Part shown: positions 44,250 to 53,267 of the stretch, piece after piece
How positions within the stretch are numbered: position 1 is the stretch's first letter
Layout of the letters: each line of letters begins with the position of its first letter
Source of the DNA: Phapecoctavirus DIJ07P2
Strand: one strand, 5' to 3'
DNA length: 64,000 nt
Sequence record: OZ035771.1
The notes under the pieces: model-generated
Seen by the model: only the letters and a program-made list of their open reading frames with translations
The model's database searches: none
Told to the model about the DNA's origin: nothing
Program-made: the position numbers and the translations under genes

Positions 44250-45185
44250 CTATTCCTCAAAAGGTTTAAGTAAGTGTTTATTAGCGTGGAATCTTTTGAT
44301 GTAATCATCTTCTCCCATACTTTCATAAAGCTTCATCACGACATGGAAGGATTCATAGGCATATTCACGAAACCAACCACTAGTGATAGATGTGCAAACT
44401 TTAGATAAAGCCATCATAAAACTTTGCTTAGGTGTTGGACCTCCGATCTCTTCACCGAAAGGAATTTGTGAACGTTCCAAAGCCAAAACACACGCTTCTT
44501 CATAAACACCTAACAGGCGCACATGTTTTGGTTGAGCAAAAAACTTTTCTTTGCTGGTCATAACTTCACTTCCATCTTTCATATAAGATTTATATGCTGG
44601 AGCATCCATTACCGCGATTGCTTCATGGATAGAATCATGATCATAAACATACGGAACCTCATCACCTTTAAAGAAGTCTTTACTTTTTACGTTTAAGTTC
44701 GGATGAGAGTAAGTGTATGTTTCTTTCTCACGCAACTCATAAATACTCTTAAGATTTTCTGGGATCTTTGCGCCCAGTGACCGCATGAAATGAATATCTT
44801 TCATAGTTTTAAAGAAGTGAGGACTATCCTTTTTAAAACGATGACTCATTTTAAGAAGGTAGAGCACATCTAAAGGAGCAACAACATGTCCAGCGTAAGT
44901 TCGACGAACATCATCAGAATCTTCACAATAACTAATCAAAGCTTCTGTGCTATCTCCTTGAGAAGCAATATCGTATTCCAAATGTGCACCAGCTATCATT
45001 TTGACGTGGCCTTTGTTCCCTTTACGTTCTACAAGTTCAACAAACTCGTCTTGAGAGAACATTTTTGATAATTCTTCCCACTCTTGTTCTGTACAGAGAT
45101 AATCTAAATCTACACAAGGGCGATACAAGTCTTTTCCCATGTCCATAGCATGAATTTGTAATGCACGGCTACCAATTAACACCAT
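44250..45185 (-). CDS. Hypothetical protein with possible Pol-beta-type nucleotidyltransferase motif
   Basis: LIGSRALQIHAMDMGKDLYRPCVDLDY loosely resembles GS...D.D signature; speculative. Confidence 0.4.
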   Translation of the reverse strand: MVLIGSRALQIHAMDMGKDLYRPCVDLDYLCTEQEWEELSKMFSQDEFVELVERKGNKGHVKMIAGAHLEYDIASQGDSTEALISYCEDSDDVRRTYAGHVVAPLDVLYLLKMSHRFKKDSPHFFKTMKDIHFMRSLGAKIPENLKSIYELREKETYTYSHPNLNVKSKDFFKGDEVPYVYDHDSIHEAIAVMDAPAYKSYMKDGSEVMTSKEKFFAQPKHVRLLGVYEEACVLALERSQIPFGEEIGGPTPKQSFMMALSKVCTSITSGWFREYAYESFHVVMKLYESMGEDDYIKRFHANKHLLKPFEE

Positions 45186-45245
45186 AATATTTCTCCTCTA
45201 TTGGTTGATAGGTTAAGTTTATCAAGCTTCCAGATTTCTGTCAAT

Positions 45246-45266
45246 AAAAAACCCGCCGAAGCGGGT
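45246..45266 (-). terminator. Intrinsic terminator on minus strand (ACCCGC-TTCG-GCGGGT + T-tract)
   Basis: Third copy of the same hairpin as 16018/39114, inverted. Confidence 0.6.
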
Positions 45267-45275
45267 TATTATTTA

Positions 45276-45548
45276 CTAACACATTGAGGAAGAAGAGATC
45301 CAAACACCTCTTGTGGTTAAACCATTTTCATCCAACTCTACACCATAATCTTCACAAATGAAATCAATATAGTGATCTGCGGCTGGCGTTCCTGTAGGGT
45401 AATAAGTTTCTCCGTTACCGTAGTCACCTATCCAAGCTTGTTCCTGAAACTGTTCACAAAGTTCTTCGATTTCCTTACGAAACTTTCTTTGTGCTTGTTC
45501 CATCTCTTTAACTTTCTTTTTTATCAGCAGTTCGCCTTCAGACTCCAC
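45276..45548 (-). CDS. Small acidic protein, W-SSS-C-tail family member 1
   Basis: Ends ...GVWISSSSMC. Confidence 0.55.
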   Translation of the reverse strand: MESEGELLIKKKVKEMEQAQRKFRKEIEELCEQFQEQAWIGDYGNGETYYPTGTPAADHYIDFICEDYGVELDENGLTTRGVWISSSSMC

Positions 45549-45557
45549 AATCTCTCC

Positions 45558-45773
45558 TTAACAGCTACTACTGTGCCAAACGCCTTGAGAATTAACGACG
45601 AAACCATCATCACCTTCACCATAACAAGAAGAGGATTGCCAATCTTCAAAACAGATTGCGTTATCTTCTAAACTAAGACCAAAACCAGCATCTTCAGCTT
45701 CTTTTGTAAGTTCGTCCACTAAAGCCATAATAGCTTGGGCTTTTTCAGTTAATTCTTCAACATTACGATCACT
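45558..45773 (-). CDS. Small acidic protein, W-SSS-C-tail family member 2
   Basis: Start moved to MSDRNVEEL after GGAGGAG RBS; internal EDWQSSSC and C-terminal GVWHSSSC. Confidence 0.55.
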   Translation of the reverse strand, partial: SDRNVEELTEKAQAIMALVDELTKEAEDAGFGLSLEDNAICFEDWQSSSCYGEGDDGFVVNSQGVWHSSSC

Positions 45774-45775
45774 CA

Positions 45776-46051
45776 TTAGTATTTCTCCTCCGGTTGGAAA
45801 ACTGAACGACAAGCCCACATACTAGCTTCTTTTAAATGTTTAATAGCACAACGGATTTGATCAATACGCTCGTATGCAACATCTAATTCTTTTTCTGTGC
45901 CGTCAAAAGACCCATGATATGCTTCACAATACTCTTCCTCTAAAGCTTTGAAGATTAAACCTAAACGCTCTTCTGCATCTTTAATAGCGTTAACCTTGCC
46001 AATCTTATCGTCAGTATGCGCCTTATAACCTTTGATATCTTCGATTCCCAC
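45776..46051 (-). CDS. Hypothetical protein (about 91 aa, GTG start)
   Basis: AGGAGG RBS 5 nt before GTG. Confidence 0.45.
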   Translation of the reverse strand: MGIEDIKGYKAHTDDKIGKVNAIKDAEERLGLIFKALEEEYCEAYHGSFDGTEKELDVAYERIDQIRCAIKHLKEASMWACRSVFQPEEKY

Positions 46052-46062
46052 TTTACCTCCTA

Positions 46063-46260
46063 TTAACAACTTAAAGAAGATGGATGCCAATTTGTCCCAG
46101 TATTCTCATTTTCATCTTCTGGATCATAATAACCACCCATCCCATATTCAGGGGAGAAACGGAAACCTTCTCCAGTCTCGTCTGCTAACTGCTCTGCTTC
46201 CGCTAAAGCATCATAAGCTGCTTTTACGGCTTCTTCTACTGTTTTAAACTTGGTCGTCAT
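46063..46260 (-). CDS. Small acidic protein, W-SSS-C-tail family member 3
   Basis: Ends ...TNWHPSSLSC; GGAGAGGAG RBS. Confidence 0.55.
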   Translation of the reverse strand: MTTKFKTVEEAVKAAYDALAEAEQLADETGEGFRFSPEYGMGGYYDPEDENENTGTNWHPSSLSC

Positions 46261-46534
46261 AAAATTTCTCCTCTCCTAAAGACATGGTGACATGAAATGC
46301 ACGATATGTAAATTCGTTGTCCGTTGTATTTGAATAAAACTCAAATTGAACAACACCGTCTTGAGAAGACAAATACATGCCAATTTGAACTGTACCTTCT
46401 GGTACTAGGTAAGCATACTCTGGGCGTAGTGTTACATTGTAAAAATAAAGTTCACCAACACCCATTTCATCCCAAGCTTCCCAAGCGGTAACGAAGTTAC
46501 TTTCAAAACTTGTTACTGATCCGAACTCTGCCAT
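46244..46534 (-). CDS. Hypothetical protein (96 aa)
   Basis: ORF in operon. Confidence 0.5.
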   Translation of the reverse strand: MAEFGSVTSFESNFVTAWEAWDEMGVGELYFYNVTLRPEYAYLVPEGTVQIGMYLSSQDGVVQFEFYSNTTDNEFTYRAFHVTMSLGEEKFYDDQV

Positions 46535-47025
46535 AAAACCTCCTCAATTTTGTAGTTTGACTCCATCTCCAACACATTTCCACGAACGTCTCTCCGAAGA
46601 AAGGCATAAGCTTTATTAGGTATTGTAGACTCATATTTAACCATATCTGGCACAGCAAAAGATACTACTACTCCTGCTGGGCTTCTGTCAAGAGCCTTAT
46701 TAATATTTCTAAGGATATCGTTAGCCAAGATTTCTGCCAATTCTCCAAGAACAGTTTCTGTTATATCTTTATATCCCATTAAGTATTTGTTGATATCTTT
46801 CATCTCCGTATTGTTCAGAGTATAGTCCAAAGGATAGAAATTCAAAGCGGAGTCACTTTTATGTGTCCACATGAAATGCACCCGATCCGAGCAGAATCGT
46901 AACCCTCTTTGAAGAATATCTTCTACAACAGGCAGAATTTCTTTTGTCACATCATTAACCATGTTGTAATCTAAGATTTCTGCCAAGTTTGTTCTTTGTT
47001 CACCACGTTTACGTTTAGGAATCAC
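46513..47025 (-). CDS. Hypothetical protein (170 aa)
   Basis: ORF in operon. Confidence 0.5.
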   Translation of the reverse strand: MIPKRKRGEQRTNLAEILDYNMVNDVTKEILPVVEDILQRGLRFCSDRVHFMWTHKSDSALNFYPLDYTLNNTEMKDINKYLMGYKDITETVLGELAEILANDILRNINKALDRSPAGVVVSFAVPDMVKYESTIPNKAYAFLRRDVRGNVLEMESNYKIEEVLWQSSDQ

Positions 47026-47620
47026 TTGTTATTGCCCTCATTACCAAAGGTCGTAGAAAATCGTAAATCTCTTGTTTTGTTTTCCCACGAATGTTTAAAC
47101 AAGGAACATTATTGGCTTTAGCTATCTTCCAAGCCGTAGCTGTTCCACCTTTTGCATCTCCATGTTTATCAGTATTAGCACAAGCCAACAAGAAACATGA
47201 TGGAGCAGGATTCTCCAAATCTCTACCTAACACTTGATGCACATTACGTTGGTGCAATTTTCTAGCACCCTGCTTAAGCTTTTCATAGGCTGGGTGAACA
47301 TCTTTGATCCATTGCACAGAGATAGCATAGTTCATTGTATCTGGTTTTGCAAGAACAATAACATCCCCTGGAATCTGATTACCTTTGAAATTTTCCCAAG
47401 GAACATAAATCTCCTTGTTAGTAGGATTTTCAGACTCTTGGACACCTGTTTCAAAAGCAGAATCACTACCCTCTGCCTTCCCAGACCTTAATTTAAACCC
47501 AAGGTTTGAAAGCCATTTCCCTATGCCTACCATCAAAGCCCACTCTTCTTCGGATATGTCTCTACTTCCAACTCCCGTATAGAACAGTTCTGCCATAATC
47601 ACCTCAACAAGTAATTTCAA
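47015..47620 (-). CDS. DprA/Smf-like (SLOG Rossmann-fold) protein
   Basis: YTGVGSRDIS, LRSGKAEGSDSAF, HQRNVHQVLG, GGTATAWKIA segments resemble the DprA fold as recalled. Confidence 0.4.
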   Translation of the reverse strand: MKLLVEVIMAELFYTGVGSRDISEEEWALMVGIGKWLSNLGFKLRSGKAEGSDSAFETGVQESENPTNKEIYVPWENFKGNQIPGDVIVLAKPDTMNYAISVQWIKDVHPAYEKLKQGARKLHQRNVHQVLGRDLENPAPSCFLLACANTDKHGDAKGGTATAWKIAKANNVPCLNIRGKTKQEIYDFLRPLVMRAITSDS

Positions 47621-47912
47621 AAGGTGTATAGGGTTCCGTATTTCTCATGATCCAAGGACTGCTAGGATTGCTCGGATCATAAGGACCAAAAGGTTTTATG
47701 GTAGGTTGTGTTTCTTTCTTCTGAATCTCTTCAAAAATACGACGAAGTTCAGAATATTCTTGATCCACCATAAGATTCGGTGCATCTGATTCTACAGCTT
47801 GCAGATTATCTTCCTTAAAAAGAATCTCACGAACAAGATTAACATCTTCTGTTTCTAAGATAACTTCTTTACGGATATTGCCTACACTTTGAATAATTGT
47901 AATCTTATACAT
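47604..47912 (-). CDS. Hypothetical protein (102 aa)
   Basis: ORF in operon. Confidence 0.5.
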   Translation of the reverse strand: MYKITIIQSVGNIRKEVILETEDVNLVREILFKEDNLQAVESDAPNLMVDQEYSELRRIFEEIQKKETQPTIKPFGPYDPSNPSSPWIMRNTEPYTPFEITC

Positions 47913-48655
47913 TAATCCTCCTCAAGAGTTGAATAAAATTGAAGACCACCGTCCATATCGAAATAAGCAAATGTTAAGTTATTATTGAACACAGATCCAG
48001 TATCCATATAAACACGATTCGCATTGATAATAGGTGTTTTTACATAAGAGTGTCCATGAAACACATAGTCCACACCCATCACAACAGGAAGTTTCATTCC
48101 CTCTTTAGCACAGTCCACCATATCTCTGTCCCACATAAGTGCTTCAGCAAAACGGTTTTCCTGTGTTTTTGTCATCTTCAAAGTGTATTCTGGAATATCT
48201 GTTACAGGGAGATATTCCAAAGAAGATGGATACCCACCATGAATAAACGCAAGTTTCATGCCTCTGTAGTTAACAATGAGAACAACAGGTAAATCTTCTG
48301 TCATCATTGCTAAGGCTGTAGCTCCTTCTTCACCACATTCTTCAAGGACTGTATATCCTCCATTTTGATACCAACACTCGAAGTAGCTACGATCTCCTTC
48401 CAGCATAGCTTTAATCATCATGTCTTCATGATTTCCACGAATAGCATAGCGATTGTGTTTACGAGTAAATTCTAAAACACAACGAAAGTTTTGCTTTCCA
48501 CGGTCAGTAAGATCTCCTAAAGATACAACTACATCTGTATCTCGGATACCTAACTTTGCCTTTCCTTTTTCATACAAATTATAACAACCGTGCAGATCTC
48601 CAATTATAAAAAGATCTTGATCGCTTTTAACAGTAATTTCTCTATGTATGATCAC
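47912..48655 (-). CDS. Ser/Thr protein phosphatase (metallophosphoesterase)
   Basis: GDLHG, GDLTDRG, GNHE calcineurin-like motifs. Confidence 0.8.
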   Translation of the reverse strand: MIIHREITVKSDQDLFIIGDLHGCYNLYEKGKAKLGIRDTDVVVSLGDLTDRGKQNFRCVLEFTRKHNRYAIRGNHEDMMIKAMLEGDRSYFECWYQNGGYTVLEECGEEGATALAMMTEDLPVVLIVNYRGMKLAFIHGGYPSSLEYLPVTDIPEYTLKMTKTQENRFAEALMWDRDMVDCAKEGMKLPVVMGVDYVFHGHSYVKTPIINANRVYMDTGSVFNNNLTFAYFDMDGGLQFYSTLEED

Positions 48656-48981
48656 TTATCCTCCTCAAAATCTAAGAAAATAAAAATATTCACCTTTCCT
48701 TCAATCTTTTGTTCTAAAACAAGATCGGCAAATTCTGCATAAGCTTTCTCTTCAACTTTTTCAATATGCTCTGCGGCATCTTTAAAAGGTGTATCCCCAT
48801 CCACCTTTACTAATAAGAAAAGAGATCGCATTTCGACGCTTTTACTGTTACGAGGAAGGAAATCTACAGCTTCAACAATTCTCCAACCCAAATAGCCAGG
48901 AGTTTTATGAATCTCCCCTAAATGCTTTTCTAAGATTTTACGACCCTCGTCGATAAGGGCTTGTTCTGTAGTAATTTCCAT
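48652..48981 (-). CDS. Hypothetical protein (109 aa)
   Basis: ATGA-coupled. Confidence 0.5.
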   Translation of the reverse strand: MEITTEQALIDEGRKILEKHLGEIHKTPGYLGWRIVEAVDFLPRNSKSVEMRSLFLLVKVDGDTPFKDAAEHIEKVEEKAYAEFADLVLEQKIEGKVNIFIFLDFEEDK

Positions 48982-48991
48982 TCCTTCCTCC

Positions 48992-49582
48992 TCAAATTAT
49001 TAACGAAACCGCATGACTAAATTTTGGTTCAGATATAACCTCTGCTACAGTCACATATGTATCGTGCAGCCAAAAAGATTCTACTCTACAAACACAAATA
49101 CCGTTGATAATGAAATCTACACAGGCTTTATTATTTTCGCACACTTGTTGTCTATAAACAACCCCTAAAGAGTCATAAAGTGATCTCACTGTTGCTACCA
49201 TTTCATCTGTTTCATCTTCGTGCGAAACAAAGAAAACGAATACAGACAAGTTGTTAGCGAAAGTACTGCTATTCTCTACTTCAACCGACTTACAAGGTAA
49301 AAAGGAGTAATATTTACCGTTAGGTATCAATTTCGCCTCAACCTGGTTAAGTATGCTTTGAGATGGTTTTGTTACATAAAAAAGATTTTCTGTTGGGTTT
49401 TCAACATTACTCCTTACTATGCAACGAGTGGGGTTCGAAGGATCAAAAACATGATCGAAATCGACACACACAGGTAAGTTAACAACTTTAAACTTTTTGC
49501 TAAGAATGCTTACTGCGGTAAAAATCAAACCAGCGTTTATTTTGCCAGTGAAAGTTGAACGCATAACTACTCCTCGGATCAT
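48992..49582 (-). CDS. Hypothetical protein (196 aa)
   Basis: ORF in operon. Confidence 0.5.
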   Translation of the reverse strand: MIRGVVMRSTFTGKINAGLIFTAVSILSKKFKVVNLPVCVDFDHVFDPSNPTRCIVRSNVENPTENLFYVTKPSQSILNQVEAKLIPNGKYYSFLPCKSVEVENSSTFANNLSVFVFFVSHEDETDEMVATVRSLYDSLGVVYRQQVCENNKACVDFIINGICVCRVESFWLHDTYVTVAEVISEPKFSHAVSLII

Positions 49583-49773
49583 TCTACCAAAGAGAATTCC
49601 GCCTCTTCCAGGTAGATTACAGACCTTGTTGCATGATATTTAACGCTCCAGAAATTACCTTCGCGCCGTAAAAGTATCTCATTCACATCAAGATTACTTA
49701 GAAAAACCATATAACTTAAAGCTTGTTGACGCGTTGAGAATTGTTTCTCTAAAAGTTCTTCTCCGCTCTGCAT
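49579..49773 (-). CDS. Hypothetical protein (64 aa)
   Basis: ATGA-coupled. Confidence 0.45.
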   Translation of the reverse strand: MQSGEELLEKQFSTRQQALSYMVFLSNLDVNEILLRREGNFWSVKYHATRSVIYLEEAEFSLVE

Positions 49774-49783
49774 AATCCCTCCT

Positions 49784-49810
49784 TAAAAATACTCCCTCCG
49801 AGAAGGGAGT
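49784..49810 (-). terminator. Putative minus-strand terminator (ACTCCCT..AGGGAGT + T-tract)
   Basis: Hairpin followed on minus strand by ATTTTTAA and GGAGGG RBS. Confidence 0.45.
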
Positions 49811-50021
49811 ATAAGTATATCACGTAGTTGTTATGTTGTCTTCTTGGATACCAGAATCCACTTCTGCAAACATATCTTCTGCACTGTAATTATTTCCAGT
49901 CCAGCGTGATAGAAGGATAGCACCAATCTCTTTTGCATGAGATTCAGACTCCGCATAAACGTTAGTCCCAGTGTCACCTTTTTCTTTTCATGTGCATAAA
50001 TGCAGTAATAATTGTAAGCCA

Positions 50022-50258
50022 TTAGTCTTCCCAGTCATTGTTCTCGGTAGAGTGAACCAAAGCTCGCACGATGCCGCCATAGTCTACTGCTTGGTTTGCA
50101 GCATGTTCGGCATAAACTTCAATAGCTTTTTTGAAGAAAAGAGCAGTAGCTGCTTCAATATTATCCATTTCACCCTCTACATCAGTAGAAAGTGAAAGGT
50201 TGAGGCTTTCATCTACTTCATCAAAATCAATAGCCACTGTCATAATTAGTTTACCCAT
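50022..50258 (-). CDS. Hypothetical acidic protein (78 aa)
   Basis: ORF in operon. Confidence 0.5.
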   Translation of the reverse strand: MGKLIMTVAIDFDEVDESLNLSLSTDVEGEMDNIEAATALFFKKAIEVYAEHAANQAVDYGGIVRALVHSTENNDWED

Positions 50259-50270
50259 AGTTCACACTCC

Positions 50271-50780
50271 TTAAACAAAATAAAATGGTTGAGAGAGGCC
50301 CAAACGATTCTTTGGGTCGTATACATACCAAGCGTATGCTGTCTTATCTGTTCCACCTGCAACAAACGAAGGCCGTTCTGAAAGAACTATAAGGTTTGTC
50401 GGTGGATTCTTTTGATGGAACTCTCGTCGTTTCTTTGACTCCAAGAAGCCCAACCGAAGAAGATAAATACAAACATCCGCCTCTTTTAAGCTCTTTTCCA
50501 AGAACTCCATTGCTAACTTAAATGGAGGGTTTGTGATTATAATGTCGGGACGATTTTCCCACTCGTGACTAAAATAATCCTTACCTTCTTCAAGTTCACA
50601 ATATTCTGAACCTTCAGGAAAATGGCGATAAATCGCTTCAGCTTCACCTCTGCAAGGTTCTGCAAAAACCCAACCTTCTTCCTTTAGATTTTTGAAATCT
50701 ATAACACTAAACAAACTATTGATTGCTTTTTGCGGTGTAGGATAATAATCGCTCGTTGGGCGATCATAATCTAATGCCAT
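50271..50780 (-). CDS. Small N6-adenine DNA methyltransferase-like protein
   Basis: IIITNPPF motif (N/DPPF/Y catalytic motif IV); 169 aa. Confidence 0.45.
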   Translation of the reverse strand: MALDYDRPTSDYYPTPQKAINSLFSVIDFKNLKEEGWVFAEPCRGEAEAIYRHFPEGSEYCELEEGKDYFSHEWENRPDIIITNPPFKLAMEFLEKSLKEADVCIYLLRLGFLESKKRREFHQKNPPTNLIVLSERPSFVAGGTDKTAYAWYVYDPKNRLGLSQPFYFV

Positions 50781-51198
50781 CTAAAATCTCCTCTTTTGTA
50801 ATATTATCCAACTCTTTAAAAGATGAAATCTCGTTTAATAATCCTATTTGATCAGCCTCTAGAGGATAAGTGTTTTTATCTGTTTTTCTAGACAAAATAT
50901 CCTCAACAAACTTATCAATAGCCAAAGAAGAATCATAAAATTTTAAAAGTTGGTAATCCATAGGAGATATTTTGTCATCTCTTAGAAATATTTCTAACAT
51001 GTTTTCAGGAGTATCGTGGTTTAGTTTATGTTCACCAAAAATATTAACTTCGTAAACATCTTTGCCAAACCAACGTTTCTTCTTTTCAACAGTATAGGTT
51101 TTTGCCACCAGACCATCTAAACAGTTTCTTGCCCTCTTACATGTTTGACGGTAAGAGTGGATAGCGCCTTCAACAAACTTAGCAGGAACTTGTAACAT
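50764..51198 (-). CDS. Hypothetical protein (144 aa)
   Basis: ORF in operon. Confidence 0.5.
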   Translation of the reverse strand: MLQVPAKFVEGAIHSYRQTCKRARNCLDGLVAKTYTVEKKKRWFGKDVYEVNIFGEHKLNHDTPENMLEIFLRDDKISPMDYQLLKFYDSSLAIDKFVEDILSRKTDKNTYPLEADQIGLLNEISSFKELDNITKEEILDGIRL

Positions 51199-51216
51199 TA
51201 TTAATCTCCTATGTTT

Positions 51217-51238
51217 AAGAAATGCCCCCGAAGGGGCA
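51217..51238 (-). terminator. Minus-strand terminator (TGCCCC-TTCG-GGGGCA + T-tract)
   Basis: Between HslV-like stop and next RBS. Confidence 0.5.
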
Positions 51239-51243
51239 GTTTG

Positions 51244-51936
51244 TTAAATAGCGGTTCCTTCGAAATCCGCCACATTTACGAGATTAATATTTTCAGATTT
51301 AGAAGTCAAGTTGTTTTCTGCAACAGATTTTTCTTCAGTATCCGCCTCGTTACCTGCCACGTTACGAGGTTCTTCTTCACCGTAGGGATTACCGAATTTC
51401 AAAAGATTGATTAATTCTTCTTTGGAGAAGTTTTCTAAATCATCGTCTGTTAATTCAATAATCTCGTCTTGTTCTTCAATAAATGTTTCACCACCAGAAA
51501 AAGCATCTCGCTTTTTAGCTACTTCCATAGCTTGTTCTGGTGTTGCCCCTGCATCAAGAGCAGCTAAAGCAAAGTCTGACCCACTTCCTACTGCATAATA
51601 TTCTTCATCAATCGGATATGCACGTGTTGGATTGTTACCTTCGTGCAGGAAAATACGTCCGTCTGGATGAACAACAAGCGCAATAAACTCTTCATCTTCT
51701 TTATCTGGATCAGAATGAATCATCAAACCAGGGACAGCATCACGTGCTGCTTCGCACTGTAGGTTTTGTTCAAACCATTGAAAGAAAGAAAGCACGGAGG
51801 TCAGACGACCAGCACCACCTACAAGGTAATCTCCAATTTTTCGGACCTTTTTGAAATTAATAGAATCTACACGTCCGCCAAAAGTTACCTTACCATCACT
51901 CAAAATCTTATTCTTGGTTGCAATAATTGTCGTCAC
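51244..51936 (-). CDS. HslV/proteasome-beta-like Ntn peptidase with acidic C-terminal extension
   Basis: MTTIIA N-terminus (Thr after Met), FKKVRKIGDYLVGGAG and YYAVGSGSDFALAAL resemble HslV; about 60-aa acidic tail. Confidence 0.6.
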   Translation of the reverse strand: MTTIIATKNKILSDGKVTFGGRVDSINFKKVRKIGDYLVGGAGRLTSVLSFFQWFEQNLQCEAARDAVPGLMIHSDPDKEDEEFIALVVHPDGRIFLHEGNNPTRAYPIDEEYYAVGSGSDFALAALDAGATPEQAMEVAKKRDAFSGGETFIEEQDEIIELTDDDLENFSKEELINLLKFGNPYGEEEPRNVAGNEADTEEKSVAENNLTSKSENINLVNVADFEGTAI

Positions 51937-52439
51937 TATTCTTCCTCCTCTGTTAATGTTTTAAGAACCGCTTTCCCGCCATTCACATATTTGCAGATGT
52001 ATTCTATCGCACGTAGTGTCTCTTTGTCAACAAAAATTTGATCAGACGTTGCGAGCGGGTTATTAAGAAGATCACTGCAATCACGAACAAGCAGTGCTTT
52101 CTTATTAAACAAATTACTTAAGAACAGTAACTTCGCCTCTTCTTCTGTTATGTGCAGAAGGCTAGGATCGGAGCCAGCTATTCCTATTATACAATCAAAC
52201 AAGCTTTCTTTACTATCAGAAAGTTCTTGAAAATGGTTTAAAAGCCAATCTTCTCCTAGACACCAACATTTAAACATTTCCAGTTTATCTCGGAGGGTCA
52301 TATTCTCTAAAGTAAGAGCAATCTCTTTTTCAATATGGTTTACACAAATTTGACGAAATTCGTTAGGTTTTACGAGTCCCGTTTGATAGCACTCATCTAT
52401 ACCACTTCTTCCGATAGCTATTGTTGCTACACCCATCAA
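51936..52439 (-). CDS. Hypothetical protein (167 aa)
   Basis: Stop-start overlaps HslV-like gene. Confidence 0.5.
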   Translation of the reverse strand: MMGVATIAIGRSGIDECYQTGLVKPNEFRQICVNHIEKEIALTLENMTLRDKLEMFKCWCLGEDWLLNHFQELSDSKESLFDCIIGIAGSDPSLLHITEEEAKLLFLSNLFNKKALLVRDCSDLLNNPLATSDQIFVDKETLRAIEYICKYVNGGKAVLKTLTEEEE

Positions 52440-52471
52440 TCCTCCTTATAAATGGCTTCCCTGCCACGTTA

Positions 52472-53230
52472 TTAAATAAACACTTCAGTAATCAGTTTAG
52501 ACAAACGTCCACGTTTATTATCGTCCGTTGTCAGTTCAACATATCCAATAAAATCTACAATTGGCTCACGAACACCTTCTTCATTTTCTGGATATAAAAG
52601 TTCCAAAATTTGATGCAGACCATTGCTACGTTTTTTAATTGCATATGTCTGGCGAACATCGCCTAATACAATAACATGCGTATTAATACCTGCACGTTCA
52701 ATAAGAAGTTTAAGTGTTTCTGTTGACATAAGTTGTGCTTCGTCAATAATGACAATTGTATTATCCAGGGTAGCTCCCAACAAATAGTTAGGAATATTCA
52801 ATTCGATCTTACCTGATCCAATATCATTTTCCAATTTATTGGCTGTCATGAATTGCTGGAAAATACGTTTTGTAGATTCGTAGTGTGCTGCTAGTTTATC
52901 TGTTTTATCCCCAGACAAGAAACCAATCTGGTCATCTCCGACTTCAGTAGGGTTCTTGATAAAAAGTAGTTTACGGAAGTCTCCTGAACGAAGCATCTGC
53001 AAAGCTTTCCATAAAGCAACAGAGGTTTTACCAGTCCCTGCCGGAGCATTTACAACAGTCAGATCATTCCAAATCATGCTTTGAACAATCTTATTTTGGT
53101 CCCCTTCAGGCATAAATTCATCTAAACGGTAATCGTCATTACCTACCGCTTTTGCTGCATAACGGCTTTCAATCTTTGCTGAATTAGCCAGTTTCTGCCG
53201 TTGTGTTTTAGCTGCGGTTTTATTTCCCAT
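52472..53230 (-). CDS. phoH: PhoH-like ATPase
   Basis: Walker A PAGTGKTS and Walker B VIIDEAQ; start moved to MGNK after AAGGAG. Confidence 0.85.
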   Translation of the reverse strand: MGNKTAAKTQRQKLANSAKIESRYAAKAVGNDDYRLDEFMPEGDQNKIVQSMIWNDLTVVNAPAGTGKTSVALWKALQMLRSGDFRKLLFIKNPTEVGDDQIGFLSGDKTDKLAAHYESTKRIFQQFMTANKLENDIGSGKIELNIPNYLLGATLDNTIVIIDEAQLMSTETLKLLIERAGINTHVIVLGDVRQTYAIKKRSNGLHQILELLYPENEEGVREPIVDFIGYVELTTDDNKRGRLSKLITEVFI

Positions 53231-53246
53231 AGTAGCACTCCTTTTA

Positions 53247-53266
53247 GAAGGGGCCGAAGCCCCTTT
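53247..53266 (-). promoter_or_regulatory. Conserved GGGGC-CGAA-GCCCC stem-loop between lysozyme and phoH
   Basis: Same hairpin as at 39754 and 58609, here without minus-strand T-tract. Confidence 0.4.
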
Positions 53267-53267
53267 A

